A stretch of DNA of 64,000 nucleotides from a virus. Where the stretch lies: IMG/VR virus record IMGVR_UViG_3300040807_001288, positions 12,710-76,709 of that record; one strand, written 5' to 3'. Within the stretch, counting starts at the first letter, position 1. Each line of letters starts with the position of its first letter. The position numbers and the translations under genes are program-made. The notes below the pieces were generated by a model. That model searched no databases. It was not told where the DNA came from and worked only from the letters and a program-made list of their open reading frames with translations. Positions 19,778 to 30,991 of the stretch are shown here, piece after piece.

Positions 19778-21357
19778 ATTTTTCTGGAACAATATCCTCG
19801 GACTTTATGAAGCTGGCTAATATACCAGTATCTAAAAGACCTACGCTTATAAACTTCGCAGCCACGGATTTCTTAACACTGAGGCAGTCGCTCATAGATT
19901 ATGCCAAGGTGGTATATCCCGACGATTACAAGTATTTTGTGGAGTCTGATTTGGGGATGATGTTTCTGGAATTAGCAGCATACATGGGTGCAGTAATGTC
20001 CATGAAGGCTGACATGCTTGCTAATGAGAACTTCTTGGCTACGGCACAACAAAGGTCTAGTGTTAAAAAGCTACTAGAACTAATTGGAATCAGTATGAAA
20101 GGCCCCTTGTCTTCAGCGGCTGATGCTAAAATAACATTTAATTCTGCCGCAGAGAGTCATGTGATCTTTCCTGCGGATAGAGTTATTACAATTAACTCCC
20201 CAGAGGATGGGGGTAGTCTGAGCTTTACTTTGTATAAAGTAGTAAACGGTTTGGTGGATATCGTAAACTCTACTGGAAGAATATCCTTAGATCATCAAGA
20301 GTCTGATGACGATACTGGATCAGCGGGGTCTGTGTGGAGTAACTTAGTTATTCAAGAGGGTGCTCTAGTTTCTGAATCAGGCGAGTTTGCCGCGACAGAC
20401 GGAATAAAAACAATTCCATTGACTCAAGGACCTGTAGTGGAAGGTAGTATTGGTGTGTGGGTGAATTCTCCTAATGCGGACACTCAAGGAGCTTTCGTAG
20501 AAGTGCCTAACGTATATTATGCGTCGGGCTCTTCTGACAAAATCTTTGAGGTGGTTTATGATGACGATTATAACGCTACCGTAGTATTTGGTGATGGCAC
20601 TGCGGGCATATCTCCAGAGGATACGGCATCCTTCAGAGTAGAATATCGAGTTGGTGGAGGAACCCGAGGAAACATAGGGAAGGATGTTATAAACACCAAT
20701 GTAACTACCGGAAATCGTGATAGCGGCACGCTGACTAATACTAGTAAAGCAACGGGGGGCTCTAACGCAGAGACTATAGAGCACGCAAAGAAATACGCTC
20801 CGCTTAACTTTAGAAGACAGGATCGCCTTGTTACTCTTGAGGATTATACAGTCTTTGCCAACACTTTTATCAGCAATTTTGGAACTGTAGGCAAAGCAAA
20901 AGCGGCTACGAGAAAAGCCTACGCTTCGGCAAACGTGATCGACATTTATGTACTAGAGAAGGCTTCAGAGCTACAGCTACAAAGGGCTACAACCAATTTT
21001 AAGACTCAGTTACTAGCAGCCATTAATCCCAAGAGGATGGCTACTGATGATGTAGTTATTGTAGATGGGCTTATCAGGACTCTAGATCTAGGAGTCACTA
21101 TCAGAATTGATAGAGAGGAGGAAGAGAATCAAGACTCAATCAAGAATAAGGTGAGGGGTAAGCTTCTTAACTACATGAATGCAGACAATAGGGATTTTGG
21201 AGAAGACCTTAATATAGCGGAGCTAAACCGACAGATTTTTGAGGTGGAGGAGGTTAGATACTCTAGCATAGATAACCTCGATCAGGATGTGACGCTAGAC
21301 TTCAATGAGATTGCACAACTAAACAATCTTACAATTAACGTAGTTCTACTAGACTGA
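19774..21357 (+). CDS. gp6-like baseplate wedge protein
   Basis: DFLTLRQSL, ENFLATAQQRSSV, VFGDG, GGSNAET and RLVTLEDY motifs. Confidence 0.9.
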   Translation: MNFSGTISSDFMKLANIPVSKRPTLINFAATDFLTLRQSLIDYAKVVYPDDYKYFVESDLGMMFLELAAYMGAVMSMKADMLANENFLATAQQRSSVKKLLELIGISMKGPLSSAADAKITFNSAAESHVIFPADRVITINSPEDGGSLSFTLYKVVNGLVDIVNSTGRISLDHQESDDDTGSAGSVWSNLVIQEGALVSESGEFAATDGIKTIPLTQGPVVEGSIGVWVNSPNADTQGAFVEVPNVYYASGSSDKIFEVVYDDDYNATVVFGDGTAGISPEDTASFRVEYRVGGGTRGNIGKDVINTNVTTGNRDSGTLTNTSKATGGSNAETIEHAKKYAPLNFRRQDRLVTLEDYTVFANTFISNFGTVGKAKAATRKAYASANVIDIYVLEKASELQLQRATTNFKTQLLAAINPKRMATDDVVIVDGLIRTLDLGVTIRIDREEEENQDSIKNKVRGKLLNYMNADNRDFGEDLNIAELNRQIFEVEEVRYSSIDNLDQDVTLDFNEIAQLNNLTINVVLLD

Positions 21358-24300
21358 TGGGCGTCAACAAGAATACACCGAAGAAAAGAAATTATACAAA
21401 AACTAACTTCGTAGAGTTGGTTGAGTTAATTACGCCTGAGGTGTATCAACAAAAAGATCTGGAGCTTAGTGGTACAGAGTTAGATCCTATTTCTGATCTA
21501 ATAAACAGGCACGTTCAGTGCGCGGATAATGTAGCTACAACTCTATCTATTTCGGGGGTAGAGAACACTCAGACTAGCTCCTTGGAGAACATTAGTGGCA
21601 TCTCTCAATACTTTGTAAAACAAAATGAGCTTACGAAGATAAATCCGTTTACGTTCGAAACGAAGATCCTTCAGCCACTAGGTAAAAGCTTCATAGACTT
21701 CTCAACTTCTTCAGCATTTTCTTCATACTTATCTTCTGTTCTTTTACCAATACTAGTCCCTGCCACCCAGACGGAGACAGGATCCCTTGAAGAGAATATA
21801 ACAACTCTTTCTGCGCTCACAGGAAACGCTGACGCCAGTTCAGTTCACAATTATCTGGTTGATTCTCTGGGCTGGTTTTATTTCCTAAACACCTCAGCCG
21901 ATGGTGGTCTGACATACTCTCCATCTAGCTATGTACTAGACTCTATTAATTCTCTGTACGTTGGAAAGTCCTTAACTACCGTTGATGGGGTGAAAGGGTT
22001 AACTGAGTATTTGTGGAGAAATAATGAGACCTGCTCCTTCGGACAGTATCTACCCACTAGTTTTGTTTCTGGAGCGGCAGACGCTATTGTGGATTCTAGT
22101 GCTGGAGTAGTAGCCACTTATACGAGCGGGACTCAGAAGCTGGATAACCTAAAGACGCTGGTTGACATTGCTTACTCTCCTCTCTACATAGATGAGAGAG
22201 ACTATAGAGTTAAGGACGCTTTTACTAGTTATATCGACTCTCAACTAGAGTTGCAGGACTTGGTGTCAAAAGGGCCTCATAGGAAGTTTTCTAATATTCT
22301 GGGGTATCATTTTGCTGACATCTCTGATCAGATTGAAAACATATCTCTGATCTACGATATAGAAAATTGTAGAGACGAGCAGATTCAGTACATTGCGGAT
22401 CTTATTGGCTTTAAGCTAAGAGGGAACTCTCCCACCAAGTGGAGACATCAACTTAGATTAGCCATAGATCTTTACAAGAAATCAGGAACTTTGGAGGCCA
22501 TACAGTCGGCTCTAAATGCCTTAATTATTGATTCTGTCTTTGATGTTTCTGGTCAGGTTCAGGAGCTTTGGGAATCTTACTTACCAAACCTTATCTGGTA
22601 TGCTTTAGTGACCGAATCTCCCTTGTTCAAAAATCTAGAGACCTGGACGAGGGCTCTTGCTGTCGAGGGTGGAGTTTACAACTATAGCACAAGCAGTCTA
22701 GAAGAGAATCTACAGCTAGTGACAGATAGTATCCTACTGGACATGTATAAGAGGTTTCCAGAGAACTTCTTATTCCACGGCAGTCCCTTCCCTGTTCCTC
22801 AGTTCTGGGAGTTAGACTCAGAGGGTTGTGAGACTAAGAGGTACACAACAATAGGAGAGCCCTCTATGCGAGGCTTTCATATTCATAAGATCACCGACCC
22901 AGGTTTCCAGGCGTATAAGCAGGATGCTAAACTATTTGGAGAGAGTAAAGCTTGGGACGCTGCTTACGGGTTCGGACCTCTTGGTGAGGGAGTCTATATG
23001 GCTGGAGTTGAGCATCCTACAACGGGGCAGCGTCCAACCTACCTAAAGTTTAAAGGCGACTTAGAGTTCTTGTTTAATTATAGGGGAAGAAGAAACTTCC
23101 CACTGCCTCCCTTTGAGGAGGTAAAATACTATAGAGATTGTTCTGTGACAAAGCCTATGGTAGAGTTTCTAGTGGAGAGACTTAAGTGCTTCAAGGTCAC
23201 AGAGAGCTTTGCGGAAGAGACAGGTAATTTTATAGTCAGTAGCGCAGTAACTGATGAGTCTGATCTCGGAGCTTTGAATGAGTTCTTAATGTTCTTTAGT
23301 TCAACGCAAACACCTTCCAACTTTGATAGCGTGATGTTGAGCATTTCTGACTATGAGAAGAATGCTCTGAGCCTTTGGAATGGTAAATCTTCCCACCTGT
23401 TTGTTAACTTCGATGAGACAGATTTTGATTTCTCAAAATCTACTTTGGAGGGGGATGGCAAGTATGCACTATACGAAGCTGCTCGCGTATCTAGGGAGTT
23501 CTCTCCCGCACATGCCATCACCCGAGTTAATCTGACTGCAAGTGCTCAAGATGATTTTGAAATGTCTTCCACAGCTTTCGAGTATCTTGGTCTAGATCAC
23601 GATGATAATCGGGTGGGGTACACCTCAGGCTCCGTACTAGGAAACTTTGAGTATAGTGGAGTCGCCATGTCCTTTGCTACAGGAGGAGGTGACTCCAACT
23701 TAGACTCTGACTCAGGAAGAGGCGGATTAAATACATTCAAAAGAGCCGCAGTAGATGACGTTACTGATCCTCTGCTTTCAGGAACGGCAGTTATCACACC
23801 GCTCGATAGTGTTCCTAGACGAGCTATTAGGAGAAGAAATCTTAAGTACCTACTGCCTTTAGAGGGGTACTACGATAGGACTGGCTTTAATGGACCTGTG
23901 AGCTACGACCCCTCCACATTGGAGCACTCCTTAGCATCCTCATTAGGTGAGCTTACGCTTGGGTACGTTGCTTCTGCTGGCAAGTTTCACCCAGTGGTTG
24001 ACCCCATTAATCCTTCTGGGATCTGGGACGAATGTGAGGGCCTAATGTCAACCAGAACATTCTCAGGTATAGATACTAGCACCACTTTCCCGTATAGAGG
24101 TTTGTCTGCACTAGGATCAAACGCCAAGATGCCAGAGAAATTAGCGGCTACAGCTAGGTACGTTGATCGAGGGCAGTTACCTGAGCTATACAACACGATG
24201 CATGAGCTTTTCGAATCGAAGGCGCTCGACAATGGGAAGCAAATTCTACTCTCTACAAGCGCATATGACTCAGATGCTTATTGGAAAAACAATGCTCAGA

Positions 24301-25766
24301 GTCTAGCAAACGAGGCTATCGCTAGTGGTTATGTCCTCAACTCTTTTGCTGATTACGAGAACTTTGCGTTCGGTAAAGGGCTGCATGTACTGCACCGTGA
24401 ATATTCTAAGTATTTTGCCAAGCACGCATTGGGCGGAAACTCCCTAGAAGAGTCTGGAGGTAATATATTCGGTCAAGTATTTGGTCTCGGACTTTTCAAT
24501 TGTGATTTAGAGCTTGATGGTGAGTTTGTTGGAGACTTTGTGGCATCAAGTGTTAGATCCGCAGAGCCGATAAACACCGTATCCGTGTGGAACGAGTCTG
24601 CTGATGGAACATTTGTTGCTGATACCACTGGGCAGAGTGTAATCCCCTTGTCTGGAACTTTTGTCTCTGGCAATGTTTATAATGCGGAGTTTAGGAATGC
24701 TAAAATTCTTAGCGGTATTGAGTTTTGTGATATCTCTGGGGCTCCCTCAGCTAATCAATTCTCTATCTTTGATATAGATAACTCTTTCGCAGTTCCTGGA
24801 GAGGAGAATGATCTCATAGCCAATCGCGTTATAAAGTGTAAGTCTCTTGGGGGTCTTCCTAGAATGAGGTTTGACCTATCCTCCTATGGAGATAGGAGAA
24901 ACTACTTCATCAAGGATCACACATTCAACCTAAAGATAAAATCTCTAGTAGCTGAGGAGTTTTCCGAGATACTGGGTGGCGGTCAGCTTGGTGTGTGGGT
25001 TCATACTGAGCCCGTAGATGGTCTGATGTGGGTATGGACGCCATTAAATAAGTGGCAACCAGTCAATGAGAGTAGGATCTCCAAAGAGTTAGTTCTAAAT
25101 ACTCTTTCTCATAAGTATAACTTTGATATAAAGCTTCCTGATCCGTCAGAGCGTGTCAACTGCCTTGCAAATGTGTCGCAAACGGATTCTGTCATTAACA
25201 ATGTTTCTCTTAACAATATTAAGGATTCTTACTTCGAAACTTTCTCGATAGACTTCGACACCAGGAACTTTACCATACATAATAACTACGAGTATCTTGA
25301 TATTATTCCTATTGAAGAAGAGCAGTATAAGATTACTGAACAAGTAAATAGAGATGACACCAACTATATTGTAGAAATATTCTTTGTTCCTACCTTAAAT
25401 GATAAAAAGTATTGGTTGTTAGACTCGATTGAGCTTCAAGATAAGACCCTTAGGGATAGAGCTTCTATTGGCACAGGGCATGGGGTAGAGACTAAGGGTA
25501 TTCCATTCACTCCGTTCGTAAAAGAGGATCGTTTGGAGCTATCAAAAGATCAGCTTCGTGATGTATTAAAGTTCTATAATGGATTGATGGGACAAGGTAT
25601 AGGACAGTACGCAACCAACCTAGCGTCTAGAGATGCGGCTATTACTGAGGATTATCTAGAGCTTAGTGGAGGCAGCAGACTCAACTATAAAGTCCAACCG
25701 GATTGGGTGCAACACACTAAAAACGGAACCTATCAAAATTATACACTAGTGGAGTTCGACAACTGA
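21357..25766 (+). CDS. Large baseplate wedge protein (gp7 / P2 gpI-like domain)
   Basis: IQYIADLIG...LYKKSGTLEAI and PAHAI motifs, immediately after gp6. Confidence 0.65.
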   Translation: MGVNKNTPKKRNYTKTNFVELVELITPEVYQQKDLELSGTELDPISDLINRHVQCADNVATTLSISGVENTQTSSLENISGISQYFVKQNELTKINPFTFETKILQPLGKSFIDFSTSSAFSSYLSSVLLPILVPATQTETGSLEENITTLSALTGNADASSVHNYLVDSLGWFYFLNTSADGGLTYSPSSYVLDSINSLYVGKSLTTVDGVKGLTEYLWRNNETCSFGQYLPTSFVSGAADAIVDSSAGVVATYTSGTQKLDNLKTLVDIAYSPLYIDERDYRVKDAFTSYIDSQLELQDLVSKGPHRKFSNILGYHFADISDQIENISLIYDIENCRDEQIQYIADLIGFKLRGNSPTKWRHQLRLAIDLYKKSGTLEAIQSALNALIIDSVFDVSGQVQELWESYLPNLIWYALVTESPLFKNLETWTRALAVEGGVYNYSTSSLEENLQLVTDSILLDMYKRFPENFLFHGSPFPVPQFWELDSEGCETKRYTTIGEPSMRGFHIHKITDPGFQAYKQDAKLFGESKAWDAAYGFGPLGEGVYMAGVEHPTTGQRPTYLKFKGDLEFLFNYRGRRNFPLPPFEEVKYYRDCSVTKPMVEFLVERLKCFKVTESFAEETGNFIVSSAVTDESDLGALNEFLMFFSSTQTPSNFDSVMLSISDYEKNALSLWNGKSSHLFVNFDETDFDFSKSTLEGDGKYALYEAARVSREFSPAHAITRVNLTASAQDDFEMSSTAFEYLGLDHDDNRVGYTSGSVLGNFEYSGVAMSFATGGGDSNLDSDSGRGGLNTFKRAAVDDVTDPLLSGTAVITPLDSVPRRAIRRRNLKYLLPLEGYYDRTGFNGPVSYDPSTLEHSLASSLGELTLGYVASAGKFHPVVDPINPSGIWDECEGLMSTRTFSGIDTSTTFPYRGLSALGSNAKMPEKLAATARYVDRGQLPELYNTMHELFESKALDNGKQILLSTSAYDSDAYWKNNAQSLANEAIASGYVLNSFADYENFAFGKGLHVLHREYSKYFAKHALGGNSLEESGGNIFGQVFGLGLFNCDLELDGEFVGDFVASSVRSAEPINTVSVWNESADGTFVADTTGQSVIPLSGTFVSGNVYNAEFRNAKILSGIEFCDISGAPSANQFSIFDIDNSFAVPGEENDLIANRVIKCKSLGGLPRMRFDLSSYGDRRNYFIKDHTFNLKIKSLVAEEFSEILGGGQLGVWVHTEPVDGLMWVWTPLNKWQPVNESRISKELVLNTLSHKYNFDIKLPDPSERVNCLANVSQTDSVINNVSLNNIKDSYFETFSIDFDTRNFTIHNNYEYLDIIPIEEEQYKITEQVNRDDTNYIVEIFFVPTLNDKKYWLLDSIELQDKTLRDRASIGTGHGVETKGIPFTPFVKEDRLELSKDQLRDVLKFYNGLMGQGIGQYATNLASRDAAITEDYLELSGGSRLNYKVQPDWVQHTKNGTYQNYTLVEFDN

Positions 25767-26839
25767 TGAGAGGCGAAGTAGAAGTTTGGAGTGGAGATAA
25801 GTTAGTTCTTCAAGAACCCAACATGTTAGTTGATGGGGCTGGAGAGTTATTAGCTGATATTATGACGGTATCCCCCTCTCTATCGGGTGTGGAGGATTTT
25901 GCCACTTCCTCAATTGTTGATGCATCGAACTATACGATTCAGGCCATTTCTTTCGGAACAGGATCAGAAGCCTTTAGAAGAATGGGCAGGACAATGGACT
26001 CTGGGATACTTACTCAGATGACGGCAAATATTGTTTTAGTACAGCGGGCCAATGATGTCAACTCTCTTGCAATAACTAGCGGAGTTGATGCAACCACTCC
26101 ATTACTAGGAGGGTTTACTGTAGAAGCTCCTAATCCCGCAGGTAGGGTGTTGTCAGAAAACTCTGATGTATCCTCTGCTATAGAAATTGATAGTAGGGAT
26201 ACGGATATAAGTGGATTTTTCCCAGGCAACGGGCAACATGTCAACTTTATGCCGTCTGCTATTAGAAATCATATTACGCAAGGAACGGACTTCGATACCT
26301 CTGCTGAATTCGTAGGAAACTTGATGGGTAGCTATCCCGCTGGATTCAATGAGCGGGGGACAAACTCTACGGGAAGGATCCTGTACAGATACCCAGGAGC
26401 TACTACGGTTGAGGATTTGCTTGTGGGTAGTTATCCTAATCAAGCAAGCTCAATGGATATTAGTGGATTCATGACCATGATAATGAGTTCCGTTCCTAAT
26501 CCTGGTTATCCCTTTGCTGACACTCAAAACGGGCTTTGCATATCAGCTAATTCAGAGTTTGCCACTAACGGAACTGTTGAGTATTCTACTAAATTATCTA
26601 AGGATGATGTTAAATCACTTCAGGCTTTTGGTGGTATTTACCAGATGGGTTTGTGGACAATAGATATGAAGCAATCTCTTCTAAATGGAAATACACCACC
26701 TTTTGAGTTTAGGGTACTAGATAATCCTAGAAAGTATAAACTGTTCTGTAGAAAAACTGTGTCAAAAGATTTGACATTTATTACTGATTACACTCAGTAC
26801 GCCGACTTAACAATCAAGTGGAGGCTCCACTTCCTATGA
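25766..26839 (+). CDS. Baseplate / fibre-attachment structural protein
   Basis: NMLVDGAGELLA...ISFGTG...IKWRLHF pattern, paralogous to the next gene. Confidence 0.55.
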   Translation: MRGEVEVWSGDKLVLQEPNMLVDGAGELLADIMTVSPSLSGVEDFATSSIVDASNYTIQAISFGTGSEAFRRMGRTMDSGILTQMTANIVLVQRANDVNSLAITSGVDATTPLLGGFTVEAPNPAGRVLSENSDVSSAIEIDSRDTDISGFFPGNGQHVNFMPSAIRNHITQGTDFDTSAEFVGNLMGSYPAGFNERGTNSTGRILYRYPGATTVEDLLVGSYPNQASSMDISGFMTMIMSSVPNPGYPFADTQNGLCISANSEFATNGTVEYSTKLSKDDVKSLQAFGGIYQMGLWTIDMKQSLLNGNTPPFEFRVLDNPRKYKLFCRKTVSKDLTFITDYTQYADLTIKWRLHFL

Positions 26840-27444
26840 AAAACTTTACTGACGAATTAGGCATTAACGGACACCTGACCATCATCAAAAGATACTCTGA
26901 TGGTCAGGAGGAAGTGGTTTTAGATGACAGCAACGTCATCGTATCGGGAATGGGCGTGGGCCTTTCCTACCTTTTCACTGGGTCTGGCTCGAATGAGATC
27001 TTAGATTATCAGATTGAAAGATTCCAAGTTGGGGTATCTGGGCCTCATGAAGCCTATTCAACTGTCCCTAGCTCTATTTTTGCATTGTCAGGAGACCTAA
27101 CTAAGGCCGAGTATGGTGGTGGAAGCAACCTATTCATCAAAGAGGCAACTCAAATAGAGAACGGTGTTGACATCCTTAATCAAGCATTTCCCTTGATTCC
27201 CAAAAACAAAATCACAAGGATATCCGATTCCTCCGTGAGGTACACCTTGGTTCTAGATGAGGAAGCGTGTAATGGACTTGAACGAGATAGCTCGCCAGCT
27301 AACATAAATGAAGTGGGTATGTTCATGAAAAACCCAACGGGAGCTACCGACGACAAATCCTTGTTAGTTTGCTACAGAACCTTTAGTAATATAAGAAAGA
27401 CTAGCGATTTTAGTCTCATCTTCAGATGGACCTTGAACTTCTAA
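26836..27444 (+). CDS. Baseplate / fibre-attachment structural protein
   Basis: NVIVSG...INEVGMF...FSNIRKTSDFSLIFRWTLNF. Start is ATG 26836 (ATGA overlap). Confidence 0.6.
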   Translation: MKNFTDELGINGHLTIIKRYSDGQEEVVLDDSNVIVSGMGVGLSYLFTGSGSNEILDYQIERFQVGVSGPHEAYSTVPSSIFALSGDLTKAEYGGGSNLFIKEATQIENGVDILNQAFPLIPKNKITRISDSSVRYTLVLDEEACNGLERDSSPANINEVGMFMKNPTGATDDKSLLVCYRTFSNIRKTSDFSLIFRWTLNF

Positions 27445-27445
27445 A

Positions 27446-30400
27446 ATGCCATTTAATCAAAACGACATCTACACCAGTAGCGGCACAGTCCAGCTATTTA
27501 ATGCGTGGACGCCTTATGTGTCGAAGTTCGACACTAGCTCTTTCTACAACTGGGAGCAGGATAACCTTCCTCTCTACGATCTAGAGGAGAGGACATACGC
27601 TCTTTGGGAACAGCAAGGGTTCGCAACCTCCGCAGGAGTTCCTGGGTTCGCATTATCTGTTTCCGCCAACGCCGACCCAGCAGTCTTAGCAGCGGATAGA
27701 ACAGTATTCACTGAACTTAGCTCCTGTATCGCAGCTATTCCCAAAGTAGTTAGATTTCCTGTTCTGGTTGAGGTTGGGACAATTGGAGACTTAGGTGATT
27801 TAGAACTACATAACTTCCGAATTGAGGAGGGGGGTTCTATAGAGATCATCAACCGAGCTTTTGGTAGAGCTTATGATGCTTCTTCCGAGTGCGATGGTCT
27901 AAATCTACCAACACAAAACTCATCTCACAGAATGTGCTTCCGACTTAGTTCTATAGATCTGAGTAATGCAATTTCTGATGCTTCGTGCCTTTCTCTTAGC
28001 ACGCCTGTCTTGGATGGTGTTTCGAATACTGATGTTAATAATAACACTCACAGAGTAATTTATCCTAGACACACCCTAAGGAAAGCACCGCTTGCAGTGG
28101 CTGTAGATAGAAATTTATTTCAAAATGGCAACGCTGATTTGTTTGATTTGGGTCCTTACGAAAACACGGTAAACACTAGCTTTGACAATACCTTACAGTC
28201 ACTAGATATTAGTGCTCAAAATCAAAGAACTTCCGCAAACATATACCGAGACACCATTGCTGATGGTGATGTTGGGGTTGGTGGCAACACTTACCTTAAT
28301 AAGTTAGGAAAAATTACCGTTAAGAATTGTGATGGACCCATCTACATTAGAAACTTTTTTGTAGATGCGGCCAAGAATACAGCAGCCGTTAATGATTATG
28401 CTATTGAGATCGTAAACTCCAAGGTCGTTCTAGAGAATTGTGCGGGTATGAGGGCTAAAAACTCTGGTTGGAAATTCCTTAACTCAGGAGTCACTCTCTC
28501 CAGGTCTGCGTTTGCGTATAGAAACTATCACTTAGACAGCACCACTACCCGAGTAGCTGAAAAAGGCTACGGGTTCCATGCGGTTAATAGTGAGGTTCTT
28601 GTAAGCTCACTTCCTCTTGGTTTGGACTTCGAATCCGTTGGTGACAACGGTGCCTCTGGCTCTGACTGCAAGGTAATTTCCTCTAGAAATTATGCAGGGT
28701 TTGTATTAGATAACTCTAAGCTTTTTGGAGGAGTCCAACGGTCAATAGCGACTGACCCCTTACGGGGGAGTATTTTAGGATTGGAACTCAACACGGGTTA
28801 TGGAATGATTATCAATAACTCTGAGGTGAATGTAAAGGGCCTAATTGATTTTTATGGAAATGATCAAGGAGTGCAAGCGGATTCTTCTAAATTCGTTTAC
28901 GAAAACCTTTGCCTTGACGCTCATAGCAGCCAAGCTATTAGATCTAGAAACTCGGAGTTTATTTTTGATTCCCTGACCACTCCAACCGATGCGGGGCAGG
29001 CTGATAGACATCAGCTAGATATGTCGGCAAATGGACAGCATATTGACCTTAGAGGCAATAGTGTATTTTCTTTCAGAAGAAAGAACAACATGCCTACGAC
29101 CTACGGTAACTCAAAGTTCTTAGAAGAGCATGGTGCTATTCTTTGGGACGGTAATGTGAATGCCCCGCTACCAGCCATCTCAGTAAATGATGGTTCTATG
29201 CTAGATCTAATTCACCCCAACATACAAGTTAGTGGTGTTGCTTCTAGACCAAATTACGGAAGTGCTATTAAAGCTGTAAACTCCTCAAAAGTATCCCTCT
29301 TCGGTAGTAATACTGGGTGCAACTTCGTTTATGGTCCAGCGGGAATTTCATATCAACAGCGTATGGCTGGAATTTACGCGGGAAATAATTCTACTATTAA
29401 TCTTCATGGACCCACTGCTATGGGACAGTTTGGTGTAGATGTTCTAGTTGAGGATAACTCGGTCTTGAACATCGAACCAGCCAGAGCGCGAGACGAGTTT
29501 GGGCTTGAGGTTAGCGGTTTTGATCTTAGTTCTAAGCTAAACCATACCTCTGTGGAGCTTCATGCTACCAGGGCGTGCTTGGTTGCTAATAGGAATTCCA
29601 CCATAAACTTAAAAGACATGGGCTCTTTCCCAGCGAATTGGGGAAGAACCGCACTGGGAGAGGGGCTTCTAGAGGCTGGCTCAGATTATCTGATAGGTGA
29701 TTTTGAAACAAGTGCATATACTTCCTCAGGCTCCTTGCAGTTTTACGCCAACCCTCAAGACTCTTCGGCTATAAACTTCTACAACTTAGATAACTTGGCT
29801 GCGGGGCTTGGGTTTACCATACCTTCCTTCCCTAGGTTTATTGATACGGGAGCGACAAACGGTTTCTTTGTTACGGACTCTCCTATTCTAGGCTCACCTA
29901 GCTGGCCTGATCGCGCTAAAATAACTCAAGGTGGGGTAGCGTTGCGAGCCACAGAGGACAGTGTGGTAAATGTTAAAAATGTTCACTTCCCACTAGGCAC
30001 TAATGATAGTCCTTTGGACGGATTTTATTATACTACTAGTGGAACAGATTGTGATAAGTTCATGATCTGGAACATAGCGGACACCTCCAGGCTTAACGCT
30101 TCTTACTTATCTGTAAGTGGTATGCACCCTGCAAGCACTCAGTATCATGGTCCTAGTGCTATTTGGGCTTCTTCCGTGGACGGAAACAATGCTGGGAGTA
30201 ATTATGACATTCCTGCCTATGGAGCACCTTCGGGGACCCCAGGAACGGGACCGCTTAGTGTGTTTGATGTGTTCGGAGCAGGAAGCTCTGTTTGGGTTCC
30301 CGCTTCAGGAACAGATTTAAATTCTACTTTCCATAGATTCTTCCCGATAGAAGATAATACCACCCATGATGCAAAAGAGAAGTTGGGTGGCGCTGGAGTA

Positions 30401-30991
30401 ATTGTTAGTGGCTCTGTAGACAATTACATGATTGGCGCAGGTCCACACGCTAGTAAAAACCAAGGTCCCTTTAGAATCTATTGGACACCCAAATCAAGTG
30501 CGCGAGTATTGCAAACAGATCTTAGTGGTTATTACAGGGGAGGATATCCTCACGCTGGAGCCTTTAGTGGAACAGTCGGCCCCGCTTATCAATTGTTTGC
30601 TCAAGGGTACAATTGCTCCGCTCCGCTATCAGCTATTTTTATTGATGATGGTGTGGGTAATAATATAACAAGTGGAACATTCCCAGACTTACTTAGGATG
30701 TCTAGAGACACCAACGGCGATGGTATCCCTGATCAATTATATACTTCTGGATTTTACTACTGCTCCGAGATGTTGGAGGAAAATCCAACTCAATGTATAC
30801 TAGACGAATCGGCTGCTAGAACTTTTGCCAATGCACAGAATGCTAGTGTAAATATTGGAGGCACTCCAATAAAAGTAACGCTCGTAAGAGCTAGAGAAAA
30901 TGACCGAGGGTCCGAAGCCTATGTTGGAGATGCATCAGGCTCATTAGGATTTAAATCCGCTGCAATCTTCGATCTTTCGAGGGATAACTGA
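27446..30991 (+). CDS. Tailspike/fibre-like protein with parallel beta-helix
   Basis: Recurrent xxNSx turns. N-terminal YNWEQDNLPLYDLEER anchor motif resembles that of the next gene. Confidence 0.6.
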   Translation: MPFNQNDIYTSSGTVQLFNAWTPYVSKFDTSSFYNWEQDNLPLYDLEERTYALWEQQGFATSAGVPGFALSVSANADPAVLAADRTVFTELSSCIAAIPKVVRFPVLVEVGTIGDLGDLELHNFRIEEGGSIEIINRAFGRAYDASSECDGLNLPTQNSSHRMCFRLSSIDLSNAISDASCLSLSTPVLDGVSNTDVNNNTHRVIYPRHTLRKAPLAVAVDRNLFQNGNADLFDLGPYENTVNTSFDNTLQSLDISAQNQRTSANIYRDTIADGDVGVGGNTYLNKLGKITVKNCDGPIYIRNFFVDAAKNTAAVNDYAIEIVNSKVVLENCAGMRAKNSGWKFLNSGVTLSRSAFAYRNYHLDSTTTRVAEKGYGFHAVNSEVLVSSLPLGLDFESVGDNGASGSDCKVISSRNYAGFVLDNSKLFGGVQRSIATDPLRGSILGLELNTGYGMIINNSEVNVKGLIDFYGNDQGVQADSSKFVYENLCLDAHSSQAIRSRNSEFIFDSLTTPTDAGQADRHQLDMSANGQHIDLRGNSVFSFRRKNNMPTTYGNSKFLEEHGAILWDGNVNAPLPAISVNDGSMLDLIHPNIQVSGVASRPNYGSAIKAVNSSKVSLFGSNTGCNFVYGPAGISYQQRMAGIYAGNNSTINLHGPTAMGQFGVDVLVEDNSVLNIEPARARDEFGLEVSGFDLSSKLNHTSVELHATRACLVANRNSTINLKDMGSFPANWGRTALGEGLLEAGSDYLIGDFETSAYTSSGSLQFYANPQDSSAINFYNLDNLAAGLGFTIPSFPRFIDTGATNGFFVTDSPILGSPSWPDRAKITQGGVALRATEDSVVNVKNVHFPLGTNDSPLDGFYYTTSGTDCDKFMIWNIADTSRLNASYLSVSGMHPASTQYHGPSAIWASSVDGNNAGSNYDIPAYGAPSGTPGTGPLSVFDVFGAGSSVWVPASGTDLNSTFHRFFPIEDNTTHDAKEKLGGAGVIVSGSVDNYMIGAGPHASKNQGPFRIYWTPKSSARVLQTDLSGYYRGGYPHAGAFSGTVGPAYQLFAQGYNCSAPLSAIFIDDGVGNNITSGTFPDLLRMSRDTNGDGIPDQLYTSGFYYCSEMLEENPTQCILDESAARTFANAQNASVNIGGTPIKVTLVRARENDRGSEAYVGDASGSLGFKSAAIFDLSRDN

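Noticed and set aside
9902-21357. Bacterial eCIS/T6SS locus
   Set aside because: Capsid, protease, neck and replication genes in the same contig show this is a complete phage.
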